A stretch of DNA of 64,000 bases from Anaeromyxobacteraceae bacterium (GCA_047602405.1 JASGHJ010000002.1:832001-896000); one strand, 5' to 3'; positions 11,621 through 21,986 are shown, counted from the first letter of the stretch. The notes: a model not told the origin generated them from the letters alone. Made by a program: numbers and translations.

Positions 11621-12651
11621 TTCTTCCCCTTCTTGGCCGCCGGCTTCTTCGCCGCGGCGGGCTTCTTCTCGGCCTTCTTCGGCGCGGCCTTCTTCTCGGC
11701 GTGCTTCTCCGGCGCGTGCTTCTCCGCCCTGGCCGCGGGCTTCTTCTCGGGCGGGTGCTTCGCGGCGGGCTTCCTCTCCGGCGCGTGCTTCTCCGCCTTC
11801 GCCGCGGGCTTCGCCGGGACCTTCGCGCCCTTCTTCGGGGGCGGCGCCTCCTCCACGGCCGGCGCTTCCGCCTCGCCCTCCGCCGCCTCGCCGCCCTCGC
11901 CCTCCGCGGCGGCCTCTCCGCCCTCGCCCGCGGCGGCCTCGCCTCCGGCCTCCGCGCCGGCGGCGCCGAGCGCCGCGTCGAGATCGCCGCCGCCGAGGTC
12001 GATGCCGAGCTCGCCCAGCCCGAGGTCGTCGAGCCCTTCGCCCTCCTCCTCGGCGGCCGCCGCCGGGCGGCGCCGCTGCCGCGGGGGCAGCACGACCGGC
12101 TTCGGCGGGGGCTTGAGCTCGAACTTCGTGCCCGCGGGGGGCATCAGCGCGTAGTCGATGTAGTCCTCGGCGAGCCCGCCCGGCACGCCGAGCGACACCG
12201 CGACCTCGTTCACGAGCAGGTGGCGCGCGTTGTCGTACTGCTCGCGCTCCTTGGTCGGGAGCGGGCGGATGCGCGAGAGCGCGTGCAGCCCCTTCACGAC
12301 CTCGGCCACGCCGAGCACGCCGCCCGCGATGAGCCGGTCGGCGTTGTCGCGGTGGCGGATCTTCCAGTCGAGCTCGGGGTCGTCGAAGGTCGCCGCGAGG
12401 TAGTGGAAGACGCCCTCCATCTGCTCGCCGGAGGCGACGCGGCGCAGGCCGATGCTGGGCACCTTGTTGCGCGGCACCATGACCGTCGCGCCGTCCTCCT
12501 CGCGCTTCATCTTCACGAAGAGGAGCTTCTGGCCGGAGATGTCCTTCTCCTCCATGCCTTCGATGGCGCAGACGCCCTGGTTCGGGTAGACGACGCGGTC
12601 GCCCGCCTTGAGCTCGGCGGCGTCGGCGATCACGCCCTCGACGGGGAGCAT
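11617..12651 (-). CDS. carD: CarD transcriptional regulator with acidic region and Lys/Ala/Pro-rich histone-H1-like C-terminal tail
   Basis: GDRVVYPNQGVC CarD/TRCF RNAP-interacting domain, Glu/Gly-rich acidic segment, KKPAA/EKHAP repeats. Confidence 0.9.
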   Translation of the reverse strand: MLPVEGVIADAAELKAGDRVVYPNQGVCAIEGMEEKDISGQKLLFVKMKREEDGATVMVPRNKVPSIGLRRVASGEQMEGVFHYLAATFDDPELDWKIRHRDNADRLIAGGVLGVAEVVKGLHALSRIRPLPTKEREQYDNARHLLVNEVAVSLGVPGGLAEDYIDYALMPPAGTKFELKPPPKPVVLPPRQRRRPAAAAEEEGEGLDDLGLGELGIDLGGGDLDAALGAAGAEAGGEAAAGEGGEAAAEGEGGEAAEGEAEAPAVEEAPPPKKGAKVPAKPAAKAEKHAPERKPAAKHPPEKKPAARAEKHAPEKHAEKKAAPKKAEKKPAAAKKPAAKKGKK

Positions 12652-12738
12652 CGCGTCGCGGTTGTCGTCGGGATGACGGGGAGGGGGGCCTCGCACGGTC
12701 CATTGCTCCTACCACGCGATCCGTGGGGCATCAACGAC

Positions 12739-13578
12739 TCAGGGCACCCCCCGACGCCCTCTTCCGGGCTCCAGCCGGAACACCTCGGCGAGCCGGAACG
12801 GCGGGCGCGCCGCGCGCGGCTCCGCCCGCCGGAGCGCGGCGTAGATCGACCAGGTCCGCCGGATGGCCGTCCCCGCGGTCAGCGCCGCGAGCAGGGTGAG
12901 CGCGGCCGCCACGAGCGTCCGGTCCGCGCCGGGGCCGGCCCAGGCCGCGGCGAGCGGCGAGAGCGCGCACGCCACGCCGCAGAGCACGACCCGCTCCGGA
13001 CGTTGCATGCCCCCCACCCGGGCGGCGTCGCCCGCGCCGAGCGCCTCGCCGCGCGCGCGCGCGTACGAGACGAGGAGCGAGGCCCCGGCTGCGGCCAGGC
13101 AGGCGAGGAGCACCGGTCCGTCCCGGAAGGCGATCGCGAGGCCGCCGAGCACGCACAGCTCGCCCACCCGGTCGAGGGTCGAGTCGAGGAACGCCCCCGC
13201 CCGGCTCGCCTGCCCGCTCGCGCGGGCCACCCGCCCGTCGATGAAGTCGAGGCTCGAGGCGAGGAGGAAGATCCAGCCGCCCAGCGAGAGGCGCCCGGAG
13301 GCGAGGAGCGCCCCGGCGAGCGCGGTGAATGCCGTGCTCGCGAGCGTGATCGCGTCGGGGGTGATCCGCAGGGCGAGGCAGGCCCGCTCCACCGGGGTGA
13401 AGAGCCGAATCCACCACTCCTGGAAGAACTTCGAGAGGAAGCTCCGCGGCCGCTCCTCGATGTAGCGCTCGTGCGCGCGCCCGACGAGGAGCGTGCGAGC
13501 GCCGTACACCGCCATGGTCGAGAAGACGAACGCCAGGACGGCGGCGAGCGGGACCAGGGCGGGCAGGGCAGGGGCCAC
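12739..13578 (-). CDS. CDP-alcohol phosphatidyltransferase
   Basis: DFIDGRVAR-x7-GAFLDSTLDR signature; YARARGE and RPER motifs. Confidence 0.9.
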   Translation of the reverse strand: MAPALPALVPLAAVLAFVFSTMAVYGARTLLVGRAHERYIEERPRSFLSKFFQEWWIRLFTPVERACLALRITPDAITLASTAFTALAGALLASGRLSLGGWIFLLASSLDFIDGRVARASGQASRAGAFLDSTLDRVGELCVLGGLAIAFRDGPVLLACLAAAGASLLVSYARARGEALGAGDAARVGGMQRPERVVLCGVACALSPLAAAWAGPGADRTLVAAALTLLAALTAGTAIRRTWSIYAALRRAEPRAARPPFRLAEVFRLEPGRGRRGVP

Positions 13579-13640
13579 GCCCTGATATGGACACTGCGTG
13601 CGGGTCGGGCAGCCGCAGCGGGCGAGCGGCCGACCGCCCG

Positions 13641-14006
13641 CTACCGGTGCCCGCCGAGGTCGGACTCGCCCGTCGCGCCGGCCGAGGCGCTCACGGTGAC
13701 CGCGGCGCTCCTCGTCGCGCCGGACGCGTCGGTCACGGTGACCGTGTCGGTGCCCGCGGTCGCGCCGGCGGTGTAGGCGCCCGTGGCGGGATCGATCGAG
13801 CCCCCCGAGCCGTTGCCGGTCAGCTCGTAGGAGTAGCCGCCCGCGCCGCCGGAGGCCTTGAAGGCCACCTGCCCCCCGGCGACGACGCTCGCGCCGGTGG
13901 GCGAGAGCGCGAGCGGGACCGGCTTGCCGGCCGCGGCCGGCAGGGCCAGGGAGAGGAGCGCGACGGCGGCGAGGACGCGGGCGGCGGCGGGCGCGAGGCG
14001 GCGCAT
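13641..14006 (-). CDS. Small secreted protein with one Ig-like/beta-rich repeat
   Basis: Signal peptide, then LSPTGASV...ASGGAGGYSY...SIDPATGAYTAG...DTVTVTDASG. Confidence 0.65.
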   Translation of the reverse strand: MRRLAPAAARVLAAVALLSLALPAAAGKPVPLALSPTGASVVAGGQVAFKASGGAGGYSYELTGNGSGGSIDPATGAYTAGATAGTDTVTVTDASGATRSAAVTVSASAGATGESDLGGHR

Positions 14007-14098
14007 GGCGAGACCCCCTGGTTCACGGAGCGTGTCACGAGGCGTGGAGCGGAGGCTCTAGGCGGACGGCCCGTCCGCCGCAACGTCGGGGCGGGTCC

Positions 14099-16060
14099 CT
14101 AGGGCGCGATATCGCCACGGACTGCCGCGAAGCGGGGATCCGCCCGCAGCGCGGCGGGGGTGACGAAGCCGTCCCGCTTCGCGAGCGCCTCGCGCAGCGC
14201 GTCGAGGGCGAGATCGGACCGCCCCGCGGCGAGCGCGGCGTCGGCCATGGCGATCCGCAGGTTCGCGCCCGAGAGCCCCTGGGTCCGTAGCAGGTCCCGG
14301 GCGACCCCGAGCTCCCGCAGGGCGTCCGCGCTCCAGCCCAGGCCGGCGTAGCAGCGCGCGAGCGTGACCCTCGGCCCCGGCTCCTCCGGCTCCGCGCGCA
14401 CGCGCCGCTCGAGGGCCGGACGCGCCGCCTCGAAGGCGCGACGGGCCTCGTCGCCCTGGCCCAGGGTGGCGTGCGCGAGCGCCACCACGAACGCGCGCGA
14501 CACGAACGGCGTCTCGGAGACGGGATCGGGGAGGTCGCCGCGGGCCGCGAGCGCGAGCGTGCGCTCCGGGAGCAGGACGAGGATCTCCGCCAGGTAGCGG
14601 GCCCCGTCGCCCATGGTCGGCCACTGGCGCGGCATCGCCGCGAGCGCGCGCGCGGCCGGCTCCAGGTCGCCGCCCTGCCAGTGGGGCACCAGCCCCGAGA
14701 GGGCCCCCGCGAACGCGTCGCCGGGCGCGAGCGCGAGGACGCGCCGCAGCTCGCCCTCGGCCTCCGTGAAGCGGCGCGCGCTGGCGAGGGCGAGGGCCCG
14801 GTACGCGCCGACCGCGTAGGAGTTCGGGTCGAGCGCGCGGGCGTGGTCGAGCTCCACGAGGCCGTCGTCCACCTGGCCCGCGTCGGACCGCAGGAAGCCG
14901 AGGTAGGTGCGGAGCTGGGCGTCGCCGGGCGCGGCGCGGACGGCGGCGGCGTAGGCCTCCACGCCGGCGAGCGTGTTCCGGCCGCAGTAGTACGCGAACG
15001 AGCCGCGCGCGGCGTGCGCCTCGGGGGCGCCGGGCGCGAGCTCGGCGGCGCGGTCGGCCTCCGCGCGGGCGCCGGGGCAGTCCCGCTTCCACTCCGAGAG
15101 CACCTGCGAGAGCTTCGCGTGGGCGAGCGCGAAGCCCGGGTCGCGCGCGAGGGCCTTGCGGAGCAGCTCCTCGGCGGTGCGGTTGTCCTCCTCGACGCCC
15201 ATCGACCGCTCCCAGAACGTGACGGCGCGCAGGTAGAGGTCGTGCGCCTCGCGGTCGGCGGTCGGCTCCTTCCCGACCTCCTGGCGCTCGGCGCCGGTGA
15301 TGCGCGCGCCCAGGGTCCCGGCGATGTCGAGCGCGACCTCCGTCTGGATCGCGAAGGTGTCGGCGAGGTCGCGATCGTAGCTCTGGGCCCACAGCGGCCG
15401 GCGGGTGGCGGCGTTCACGAGCTGGGCGGCGATCCGCACCCGGTTCCCGACGCGCTGGACCGTCCCCTCGAGCACGGTCGCGACCCCGAGCGCCACGGCG
15501 ATCGCGGGGAGGTCGCGCGCGCCCGGCGCGTACTGCTGCACCGAGCCGCGGGCGATCACCTTCAGGCCGGAGAGCCGGGCGAGCTGCGTGATGATCTCGC
15601 TGTGCACGCCCTCCGCGAAGTAGGCGTCCTCGGGGGAGGGGCTGAGGTTGCTGAACGGCAGCACCGCGACCGACCGGGCGTCCTGCGCCGGCCTCGCGGA
15701 GCGCGCCGCCACGAAGAAATGGAGCGCGACGCCGGGCAGCGCCGCGAGGACCCCGATGGCGACGACCGTGAGCGTGACCCGCGGGCCGCGGGCGAGCGCC
15801 TCGTCCTCCTCCGCTCCGGAGTCGGCGGTGCGCTCGATGCCCTTCGCGGTGATGTCGAAGACCCAGGCGAGCGCGGCCGCCACGGGGAACCCGAGCCCGA
15901 GGCCGATGACCGCCGCGGTGAGGACCCAGTCCGGCAGGTGGAGCCCGTTCTTCACGGGCTCGACGACCTGCAGGATCGCGAACGCGGCGATGCCGTAGCC
16001 CGCGAGCGCGCTGAAGACGCGGCGGCGGCGGAGCTCCCGGACGAGCGCGGAGAGGTTCAC
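14099..16060 (-). CDS. Membrane-anchored TolB-N/FlgO-like domain plus TPR protein
   Basis: ELRRRRVF N-terminal TM module, SVAVLPFSNLS..YFAEG domain, TPR helices, LRADPRF end. Confidence 0.8.
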   Translation of the reverse strand: MNLSALVRELRRRRVFSALAGYGIAAFAILQVVEPVKNGLHLPDWVLTAAVIGLGLGFPVAAALAWVFDITAKGIERTADSGAEEDEALARGPRVTLTVVAIGVLAALPGVALHFFVAARSARPAQDARSVAVLPFSNLSPSPEDAYFAEGVHSEIITQLARLSGLKVIARGSVQQYAPGARDLPAIAVALGVATVLEGTVQRVGNRVRIAAQLVNAATRRPLWAQSYDRDLADTFAIQTEVALDIAGTLGARITGAERQEVGKEPTADREAHDLYLRAVTFWERSMGVEEDNRTAEELLRKALARDPGFALAHAKLSQVLSEWKRDCPGARAEADRAAELAPGAPEAHAARGSFAYYCGRNTLAGVEAYAAAVRAAPGDAQLRTYLGFLRSDAGQVDDGLVELDHARALDPNSYAVGAYRALALASARRFTEAEGELRRVLALAPGDAFAGALSGLVPHWQGGDLEPAARALAAMPRQWPTMGDGARYLAEILVLLPERTLALAARGDLPDPVSETPFVSRAFVVALAHATLGQGDEARRAFEAARPALERRVRAEPEEPGPRVTLARCYAGLGWSADALRELGVARDLLRTQGLSGANLRIAMADAALAAGRSDLALDALREALAKRDGFVTPAALRADPRFAAVRGDIAP

Positions 16061-16175
16061 GTGTGAGGGAGGCTAGCGGGCGGGCCCGCGCCCTGCCAGT
16101 AAGCCTGCCGACGGCGGCGCGCGCACCCGCCGCCTTGGTGCGGCCCTCGGCGGGGCGCCGCACGCTGCGTGAGCC

Positions 16176-17029
16176 CTACCGCTCGGGATCGAGCTGCGCC
16201 GCGCGCAGGCGGCGCGCCGCGAGGTCGACGTACTGCTCGTCGCGCTCGAGCCCGAGGAACCGGCAGCCGGACTGGACCGCGGCCACGCCGGTGGTCCCGG
16301 AGCCGGAGAACGGGTCGAGCACGAGGTCGCCCGGCGCCGCGCTCGCGGCGAGCACGCGATCGAGGAGCGCGAGCGGCTTCTGCGTCGGGTGGCGCCCGTG
16401 GACCTTCTCGCGCGGGCCGGGCGTGGGGAGCGACCAGACCACCTGCTCGCCCTCGGCCTCCGGCATCTGCCAGAGAATCGCGCATCTGCTTGCCGCCGTT
16501 CTCCTCCTTCATCCGCTTGTAGTTGAAGCGGTGGGCGAGGGGGCGGCTTCTTCGACGGGCTCGCCCAGAGGATGAGCTCGGTCGAGTGCGTGAACATGCG
16601 GCAGGCGAGGTTCGGGGAGGCGTTCGGCTTGTACCAGGTCACCGTGTTGAGGAGGTGGTAGCCGAGCTCCTGCATGGCGAAGCCGATGGAGAAGATGACG
16701 TGCTGGGTGCCGGACACCCAGATCGTGCCGGAGGGCTTCAGCACGCGGCGGACCGCCTCCAGCCACCGGGCCTGGAAGGCGTGGTCGGCCATGACGCCGT
16801 TCGAGGCGTCCCACTCGCCCTTGTCCACCCGGACGCGGCGCCCGCTCTGGCAGGTCGTGCCGCCGTTCGACAGGTGGTAAGGCGGGTCGGCGAACGCCAC
16901 GTCCACCGAGTGCGGCGGCAGCTTCTCGAGCGCCTCGAGGCAGTCCCCCTGCACGAGCGCCCACCCCTTGCCCCGCGCCGCGGTGTTCGGCAGCGCATCC
17001 CACGCCCTGAGATCCAACCGTCGCGCCAT
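16176..17029 (-). CDS. Beta-class amino-DNA methyltransferase, DpnA/M.DpnIIB-like (two apparent frameshifts at ~16541 and ~16476)
   Basis: FADPPYHLSNGG..CQSG..V.VDKGEWD, WYKPNASPNL, FNYKRMKEENGGKQMRDLW, HPTQKP, VLDPFSGSGTT; motif order IV before I. Confidence 0.9.
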
Positions 17030-17198
17030 CGTCCGCCAACTCTATGGGCGATATCGATCGCGTCCATTTTTCGGCCGTTCGCTCGGCCCCGCGTCCCCTC
17101 TCTCCCGCCGCGCAGCGTCGGGAGAGGGTTCAGGGTGAGGGGGCGACCGGCCCACCCGTGACCGCGCCCGGGTTTCGCGCTAACTCAAGGGCCCGCCG

Positions 17199-18240
17199 AT
17201 GCCCGCCCTCACCGCCGCCTTCGTGAAGGACGCCGCCCGCCGGGCCGGCTTCCACCACGCCGGAGTAGCCCGGGCAGGCCCGCTCGACCCGCGCGCGCTC
17301 GACCGGATGCTCGCGGTGGGCGCCGAGGCGGACCTCGACTGGCTCCGCACGCAGCGGGAGGAGCGGCTGCGATCCTGCGCGGCTCTTGCCCGGCGTCCGG
17401 AGCGTCCTCGCCGTCGGGCTCGCGCACGGTCCCAACGGGCTCCCGGCGCCGCCCCCGGCCGGGCACGGCGAGGTGGCGCGCTACGCCCGCGGCCGCGACT
17501 ACCACGCGGTCATGAAGAAGAAGCTTCGCGCGCTGTGCGAGGTCCTCGAGCGCGAGGACCCCGGCGTGAGGACGTTCGCGTCCTCCGACATGGCCCCGGT
17601 CATGGAGAAGGTCTGGGCCGAGCGCGCGGGGCTCGGCTGGATCGGCAAGAACGCCTGCCTCATCACCGAGCAGCACGGGAGCTGGGTCGTGCTCGGCACC
17701 GTGCTCCTCGACCGCGACCTCGAGCCCGACGCCCCGCACCCGGAGCGCTGCGGCACCTGCGAGGCGTGCCTGCCGGCGTGCCCGACCGGCGCCATCCCGG
17801 AGCCCGGGTTCGTCGACGCGCGCCGCTGCATCTCCTACTGGACGATCGAGCGGCGTGGCGTGGTCCCGCCGGAGGCCGCGGCGGCGCACGGCCGCTGGGT
17901 GTTCGGCTGCGACGCGTGCCAGCTCGCCTGCCCCTGGAACCGCAGGCCCGACCCGGTCGGCGACCCCGACCTCGCCGCGCGCCCGGGCCAGGCGGCGCTC
18001 CCGCTCGACGCGCTGCTCGCGCTCGACGAGGCGGGCTTCCGCAAGCGCTACGAGGGCACGCCGCTCGCGCGGGCCCGGTACGACGGGCTGCTCCGGAACG
18101 CCCTGTTGCTCGCGGGCCGCGAGGGCGACGCCCGCCGGCTCCACGCGGTCTCGGCGCACCTCGCGAGCCCGCACGACGGCGTCCGGGCGGCGGCGCGCTG
18201 GGCGGCGGAGCGGCTCGCTTCGGGCGGCGATCCCGGCTAG
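17199..18240 (+). CDS. queG: Epoxyqueuosine reductase (apparent frameshift at ~17369)
   Basis: YARGRDYH, EKVWAERAGLGWIGKN, CGTCEACLPACPTGA, RCISYWTIE, FGCDACQLACPWN. Confidence 0.92.
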
Positions 18241-18253
18241 ATTCCGCGCCCCC

Positions 18254-19117
18254 GTGGCCGTCCACCTCGTCATGCTCTTGCACTCCGTCATCTCGGCGGG
18301 GACCTACCTCGCCGCGAAGCGCGCGCTCGACGAGCTGCCGCCGTGGGAGGTCGCGCTCGTGCGCTTCACGCTCGCCGGGCTCGTGTTCGGCGGGCTCCTC
18401 GTCGTGCGGCGGGCGCGCATCGCGCGGAAGGACCTCCCCGGCTTCCTCGCGCTCGGCTTCGTGGCGGTGCCGCTCAACCAGGGGTTCTTCCTCGCCGGGC
18501 TCTCGCTCTCGACGCCGGGCCACGCGGCGCTCCTCTACGCGCTCACCCCGATCTTCGTGTTCATCCTCGCGCACCTCCGGCTGGGCGAGCGGGTGAGCCT
18601 CGCGAAGCTCCTCGGCATCGGGGTCGCGTTCGCGGGCGTCGTCATCGTCCTGCTCGCCCGCGGCTCCGTCGCGTTCGGCGGCAACACGCGCCTCGTGATG
18701 GGCGACCTCCTCATGCTGCTCGCGGTCATCGCCTGGGCCATCTTCGCGGTCGCCGGCAAGGTCTACGCCGAGCGTTACGGCGCGGTCGTCTCGACCTCCA
18801 CCGCCATCGCGCTCGGCGCGCTCATGTACGTCCCGGTCGGCCTCTGGATGAGCGACTTCCACCGGCTCGCCGCCACCTCCGCCGCGGGCTGGGCGAGCCT
18901 CGCGTACCTCGTGTTCTTCACGAGCGTCGCCGCGTACCTCCTCTACTACTGGGCGCTCGCGCGGGCCGAGGCGAGCCGGGTCGCCATCTGGTCGAACCTG
19001 CAGCCGGTGCTCACCGCCGCCGCGGCGTGGGCCATCTACGGCGAGCGGCTCACGGGGCCGTTCCTCGCCGGCGGCGCGATGGTGCTCCTCGGCGTCGTGC
19101 TGACGGAGCGGGGCTGA
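18254..19117 (+). CDS. DMT/EamA family transporter
   Basis: Two EamA repeats, about 10 TM segments, LGER and NLQPV motifs. Confidence 0.88.
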   Translation: MAVHLVMLLHSVISAGTYLAAKRALDELPPWEVALVRFTLAGLVFGGLLVVRRARIARKDLPGFLALGFVAVPLNQGFFLAGLSLSTPGHAALLYALTPIFVFILAHLRLGERVSLAKLLGIGVAFAGVVIVLLARGSVAFGGNTRLVMGDLLMLLAVIAWAIFAVAGKVYAERYGAVVSTSTAIALGALMYVPVGLWMSDFHRLAATSAAGWASLAYLVFFTSVAAYLLYYWALARAEASRVAIWSNLQPVLTAAAAWAIYGERLTGPFLAGGAMVLLGVVLTERG

Positions 19118-19178
19118 GCCACCCGCCAGCCACGCGCGGCGCGAGCGTGCGCGCGTCCGCGGCGTTAAGCTCTCCCGC

Positions 19179-20085
19179 GTGAACGCGCAGGAGCTGTCGC
19201 TCGCCCGGACGAGCTGGGCCGTCGGACCCGTGGAGGCGCGCGCGCTCGTGCGCGCGACCGGCGCCGACGCCCGGGCCTACCTCAACCGGATGTCCACCCA
19301 GAAGCTCGACGCGCTCGCGCCGGGCGAGACCGCCTTCGCCGCGCTGCTCGATGCGAAGGGGCACCTCCTCGCCGACCTGCAGGTGCTCGGGCGCGAGGAC
19401 GGGCTGCTCCTCGAGCTCGAATCCCGCCGCCGCGGCGACCGCCATCCCGCACCTCGAGAGGTTCGTCATCGCCGACGACGTCACGTTCGAGGACGCGTCC
19501 GCCGCGCTCCGGGTGATCCCGGTGCTCGGCCCCGAGGCCGCCGCGAAGGTGGCGGACGTCGCCGGCGACCGCCTCGAGAGCCGCCGCCGGGGCCTCCCCG
19601 CCGTGGACCTCGTGGTACCCGCCGCCGAGGCGGAGCCCGTGCGCGCCGCGCTCGTCGCGCGTGGCGCCGCCGCGCTCGACGCGGACGCGCTGGAGCTGTT
19701 GCGCATCGAGGCCGGCCGTCCGCGCTGGGGCGCGGAGCTCGACGGGAGCCGGCTGCCGATGGAGGCGGGGCTCACGAAGGAGGCAATCTCCTTCTTCAAG
19801 GGCTGCTACGTCGGCCAGGAGGTCGTGATGCGCGCGACCGCCCGCGGCCGGCTGCAGAAGGGCCTCGTGGTGCTCGGCCTCCCGCCCGGCGCCGCCCCCG
19901 GCGCGAAGCTCACCGCGGCTGGCCAGGAGGTCGGCTGGGTGACGAGCGCCGCCGACGGGCCGGAGGGCCGGGTGGGGCTCGGGTACCTGCGCCGGGCCCA
20001 CTGGAACGTGGGCGAGCGGGTCGCCGTCGCGAGCGGGGGCGACGCCGAGGTGCGGCGGGTCGTCGTGGAGGAGCCGGAGCCGTAG
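19179..20085 (+). CDS. ygfZ: YgfZ/GcvT-like folate-binding Fe-S assembly protein (apparent frameshift at ~19420)
   Basis: ISFFKGCYVGQEVV signature, LRIEAGRP; N-terminal G.DA..YL...ST. Confidence 0.88.
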
Positions 20086-20110
20086 GAGACGTTCCGGACG
20101 CCCCCGCAAG

Positions 20111-20130
20111 TGCCATCACCGGTGATGGCA
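20111..20130. promoter_or_regulatory. Perfect 20-bp palindrome, candidate operator
   Basis: TGCCATCACCGGTGATGGCA is its own reverse complement. Confidence 0.45.
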
Positions 20131-20433
20131 GGGCGCCGTGAGGGCGCAAGCTGGAACCCCGGCGTCGTCCGCTGCCAGGGGCCGGCCGGCGATCGGCATT
20201 CACCATCGGTAACACTCGCCCTCATCGTCTTCGTCGTGTTCCTCGCGCCCTGGTGGAGCATGCTCCGGAAGGCGGGCCACAGCGGCGCGCTGGCGCTCCT
20301 GCTGTTCATCCCCTACGTGAACGTCGCGTTCGTCCTCTGGTTCGCGTTCGCCAAGTGGCCGGTGCAGCGCGAGCTGGAGGCGCTCAAGGCCGCACGTGCC
20401 GCGTCGACCGCCGCCCCTCGACAGACGGGGTGA
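20125..20433 (+). CDS. Small two-TM membrane protein (start uncertain)
   Basis: WWSMLRKAGHSGALALLLFIPYVNVAFVLWFAFAKWP, a pattern common in small DUF805-like membrane proteins. Confidence 0.65.
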   Translation: MAGRREGASWNPGVVRCQGPAGDRHSPSVTLALIVFVVFLAPWWSMLRKAGHSGALALLLFIPYVNVAFVLWFAFAKWPVQRELEALKAARAASTAAPRQTG

Positions 20434-20507
20434 ATCGGCAGGCCCCGACACGCGCGTCCGGATCTCTGCCGAATTCAAGTTCGGCAACGCTGCGTTCCGG
20501 CGGCCGC

Positions 20508-20556
20508 CCCTCGTCTCCGCCGCCGCCTTGGCGGCGGCTACGCTCGGGACGGGCGG
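20508..20556 (-). repeat. REP-like palindromic element, copy A
   Basis: Reverse complement CCGCCCGTCCCGAGCGTAGCCGCCGCCAAGGCGGCGGCGGAGACGAGGG is nearly identical to 62471-62519. Confidence 0.8.
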
Positions 20557-20641
20557 ACGGAGACCACAAAAGGGCCGCGAAAGCGTCCTGAGACGACGCC
20601 GAGGGCCCGCGGACGAAGAGACTCCCGCCTTTCAGCGCCTC

Positions 20642-20857
20642 TCAGGCCTTCGCCTCCGGCAGGTCGTCGTCGGCGACGTCCTCCGGCGGCGGGTGCACGC
20701 CGAGGTCCTTGCGGAGCCTCGCGAGGTCGCCCTTCAGCTCCGCGCGCACCGAGCGGATCTCCGCGCGCACGTCCTCGATCGTGTACCGGATCTCCTCGGC
20801 GGAGATGCCGAGCGCGCGGCGGCGGAGCTCGCCGAGGAGGGCCGAGAGGAGGCTCAC
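20642..20857 (-). CDS. Hypothetical coiled-coil protein
   Basis: GTG overlaps the peroxiredoxin stop; heptad-like [22 protein letters not shown]. Confidence 0.6.
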   Translation of the reverse strand: MSLLSALLGELRRRALGISAEEIRYTIEDVRAEIRSVRAELKGDLARLRKDLGVHPPPEDVADDDLPEAKA

Positions 20858-21345
20858 GACTTCTTCTTCAGCGGGCACGCCGCGATGGCGGAGTTCGGAT
20901 CGACGGCGTCGCTGCCCTCGACCACCTGCGCGACCTTGCCGTCCTGGCCGATGACGAAGTTCGCGCGGCTCGACACCCCGACGAGCGGCATCGTGCCGCC
21001 GTACTGCTTCGACACCGCGCCGCCCGGATCGGAGAGGAGCGAGTAGGGGAGCTTCAGCTCGTCCTTGAACCGCTTCTGCGTCGCCACGTCGTCGACCGAC
21101 ACGCCGAAGACCTGGGCGCCCTTGCCGGAGACGTCGGAGTACTTGTCGCGGAAGTTGGAGTTCTGCTTCGTGCAGCCCGGGGTGAAGGCCTTCGGGTAGA
21201 AGGCCAGGATCACCGGGCCGCTCTCGAGGGCCTTCGAGAGCGTGACGGGCTTGCCGTCCTGGTCCATGAGCGTGAAGTCGGGGGCCTTGTCGCCGACCTT
21301 GAGCGGCGTCGCGGCGAAGATGAGCGCGGTCAGGGCAGAGAGCAT
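20854..21345 (-). CDS. Peroxiredoxin (BCP/PrxQ-like), possibly exported
   Basis: [13 protein letters not shown] peroxidatic PxxxTxxC motif; hydrophobic N-terminus. Confidence 0.9.
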   Translation of the reverse strand: MLSALTALIFAATPLKVGDKAPDFTLMDQDGKPVTLSKALESGPVILAFYPKAFTPGCTKQNSNFRDKYSDVSGKGAQVFGVSVDDVATQKRFKDELKLPYSLLSDPGGAVSKQYGGTMPLVGVSSRANFVIGQDGKVAQVVEGSDAVDPNSAIAACPLKKKS

Positions 21346-21432
21346 GGCGCCTCCTTAACGGGCGGGCCCCCGCCGGGCAACGCGGCCCGCGGGGCGCGGC
21401 CCCCCGCCGCCGGCTAGAACACGGACCACCCG

Positions 21433-21843
21433 ATGGGGACGCCCATGATCGAGAAACTGCACCTGACCGATGCCGAGTGGCAGAAGCGCCTGACGCCCGA
21501 GGAGTACGACGTGCTCCGCGGCCACGGGACCGAGCGGCCGGGCACCGGCTGCTTCCTCGGCACGAAGGAGCCCGGCACCTACGTCTGCGCCGGCTGCGGG
21601 AACCCGCTCTTCCCGAGCGGCACGAAGTTCGAGTCCGGCACCGGCTGGCCGTCCTTCACGAAGCCGGTCTCGGGGGACGCCGTGGTCGAGATCGAGGACC
21701 GCTCCCACGGCATGCGCCGGGTCGAGGTCCGCTGCGCCCGGTGCGACGGCCACCTCGGGCACGTCTTCCCGGACGGCCCGCCGCCCACGGGCCTGCGGTA
21801 CTGCATGAACTCGGTCGCGATGAAGCACGTGAAGGCGGGCTGA
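21433..21843 (+). CDS. msrB: Peptide-methionine (R)-S-oxide reductase
   Basis: [35 protein letters not shown]. Confidence 0.97.
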   Translation: MGTPMIEKLHLTDAEWQKRLTPEEYDVLRGHGTERPGTGCFLGTKEPGTYVCAGCGNPLFPSGTKFESGTGWPSFTKPVSGDAVVEIEDRSHGMRRVEVRCARCDGHLGHVFPDGPPPTGLRYCMNSVAMKHVKAG

Positions 21844-21986
21844 GCGCGGCGCCCGGCCCTCCCGGCGCGCCGCCGGAGCCCCATCCACTCCGGGTGCGAG
21901 GCGCCCCCACACGACCGCCTGACTCGACGGGGGTTCCTCCACCGTGGGTGGCGGTCCGCGCGCCGGAGCGGCGACGATGGCCGCCG

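Noticed and set aside
20560..20646. Glycine riboswitch or hammerhead-like words (GGAGA, GAAA, CTTTCAG, CTCTCAGG)
   Set aside because: Core motifs are incomplete or in the wrong order, and no downstream gene lies in the sense orientation.
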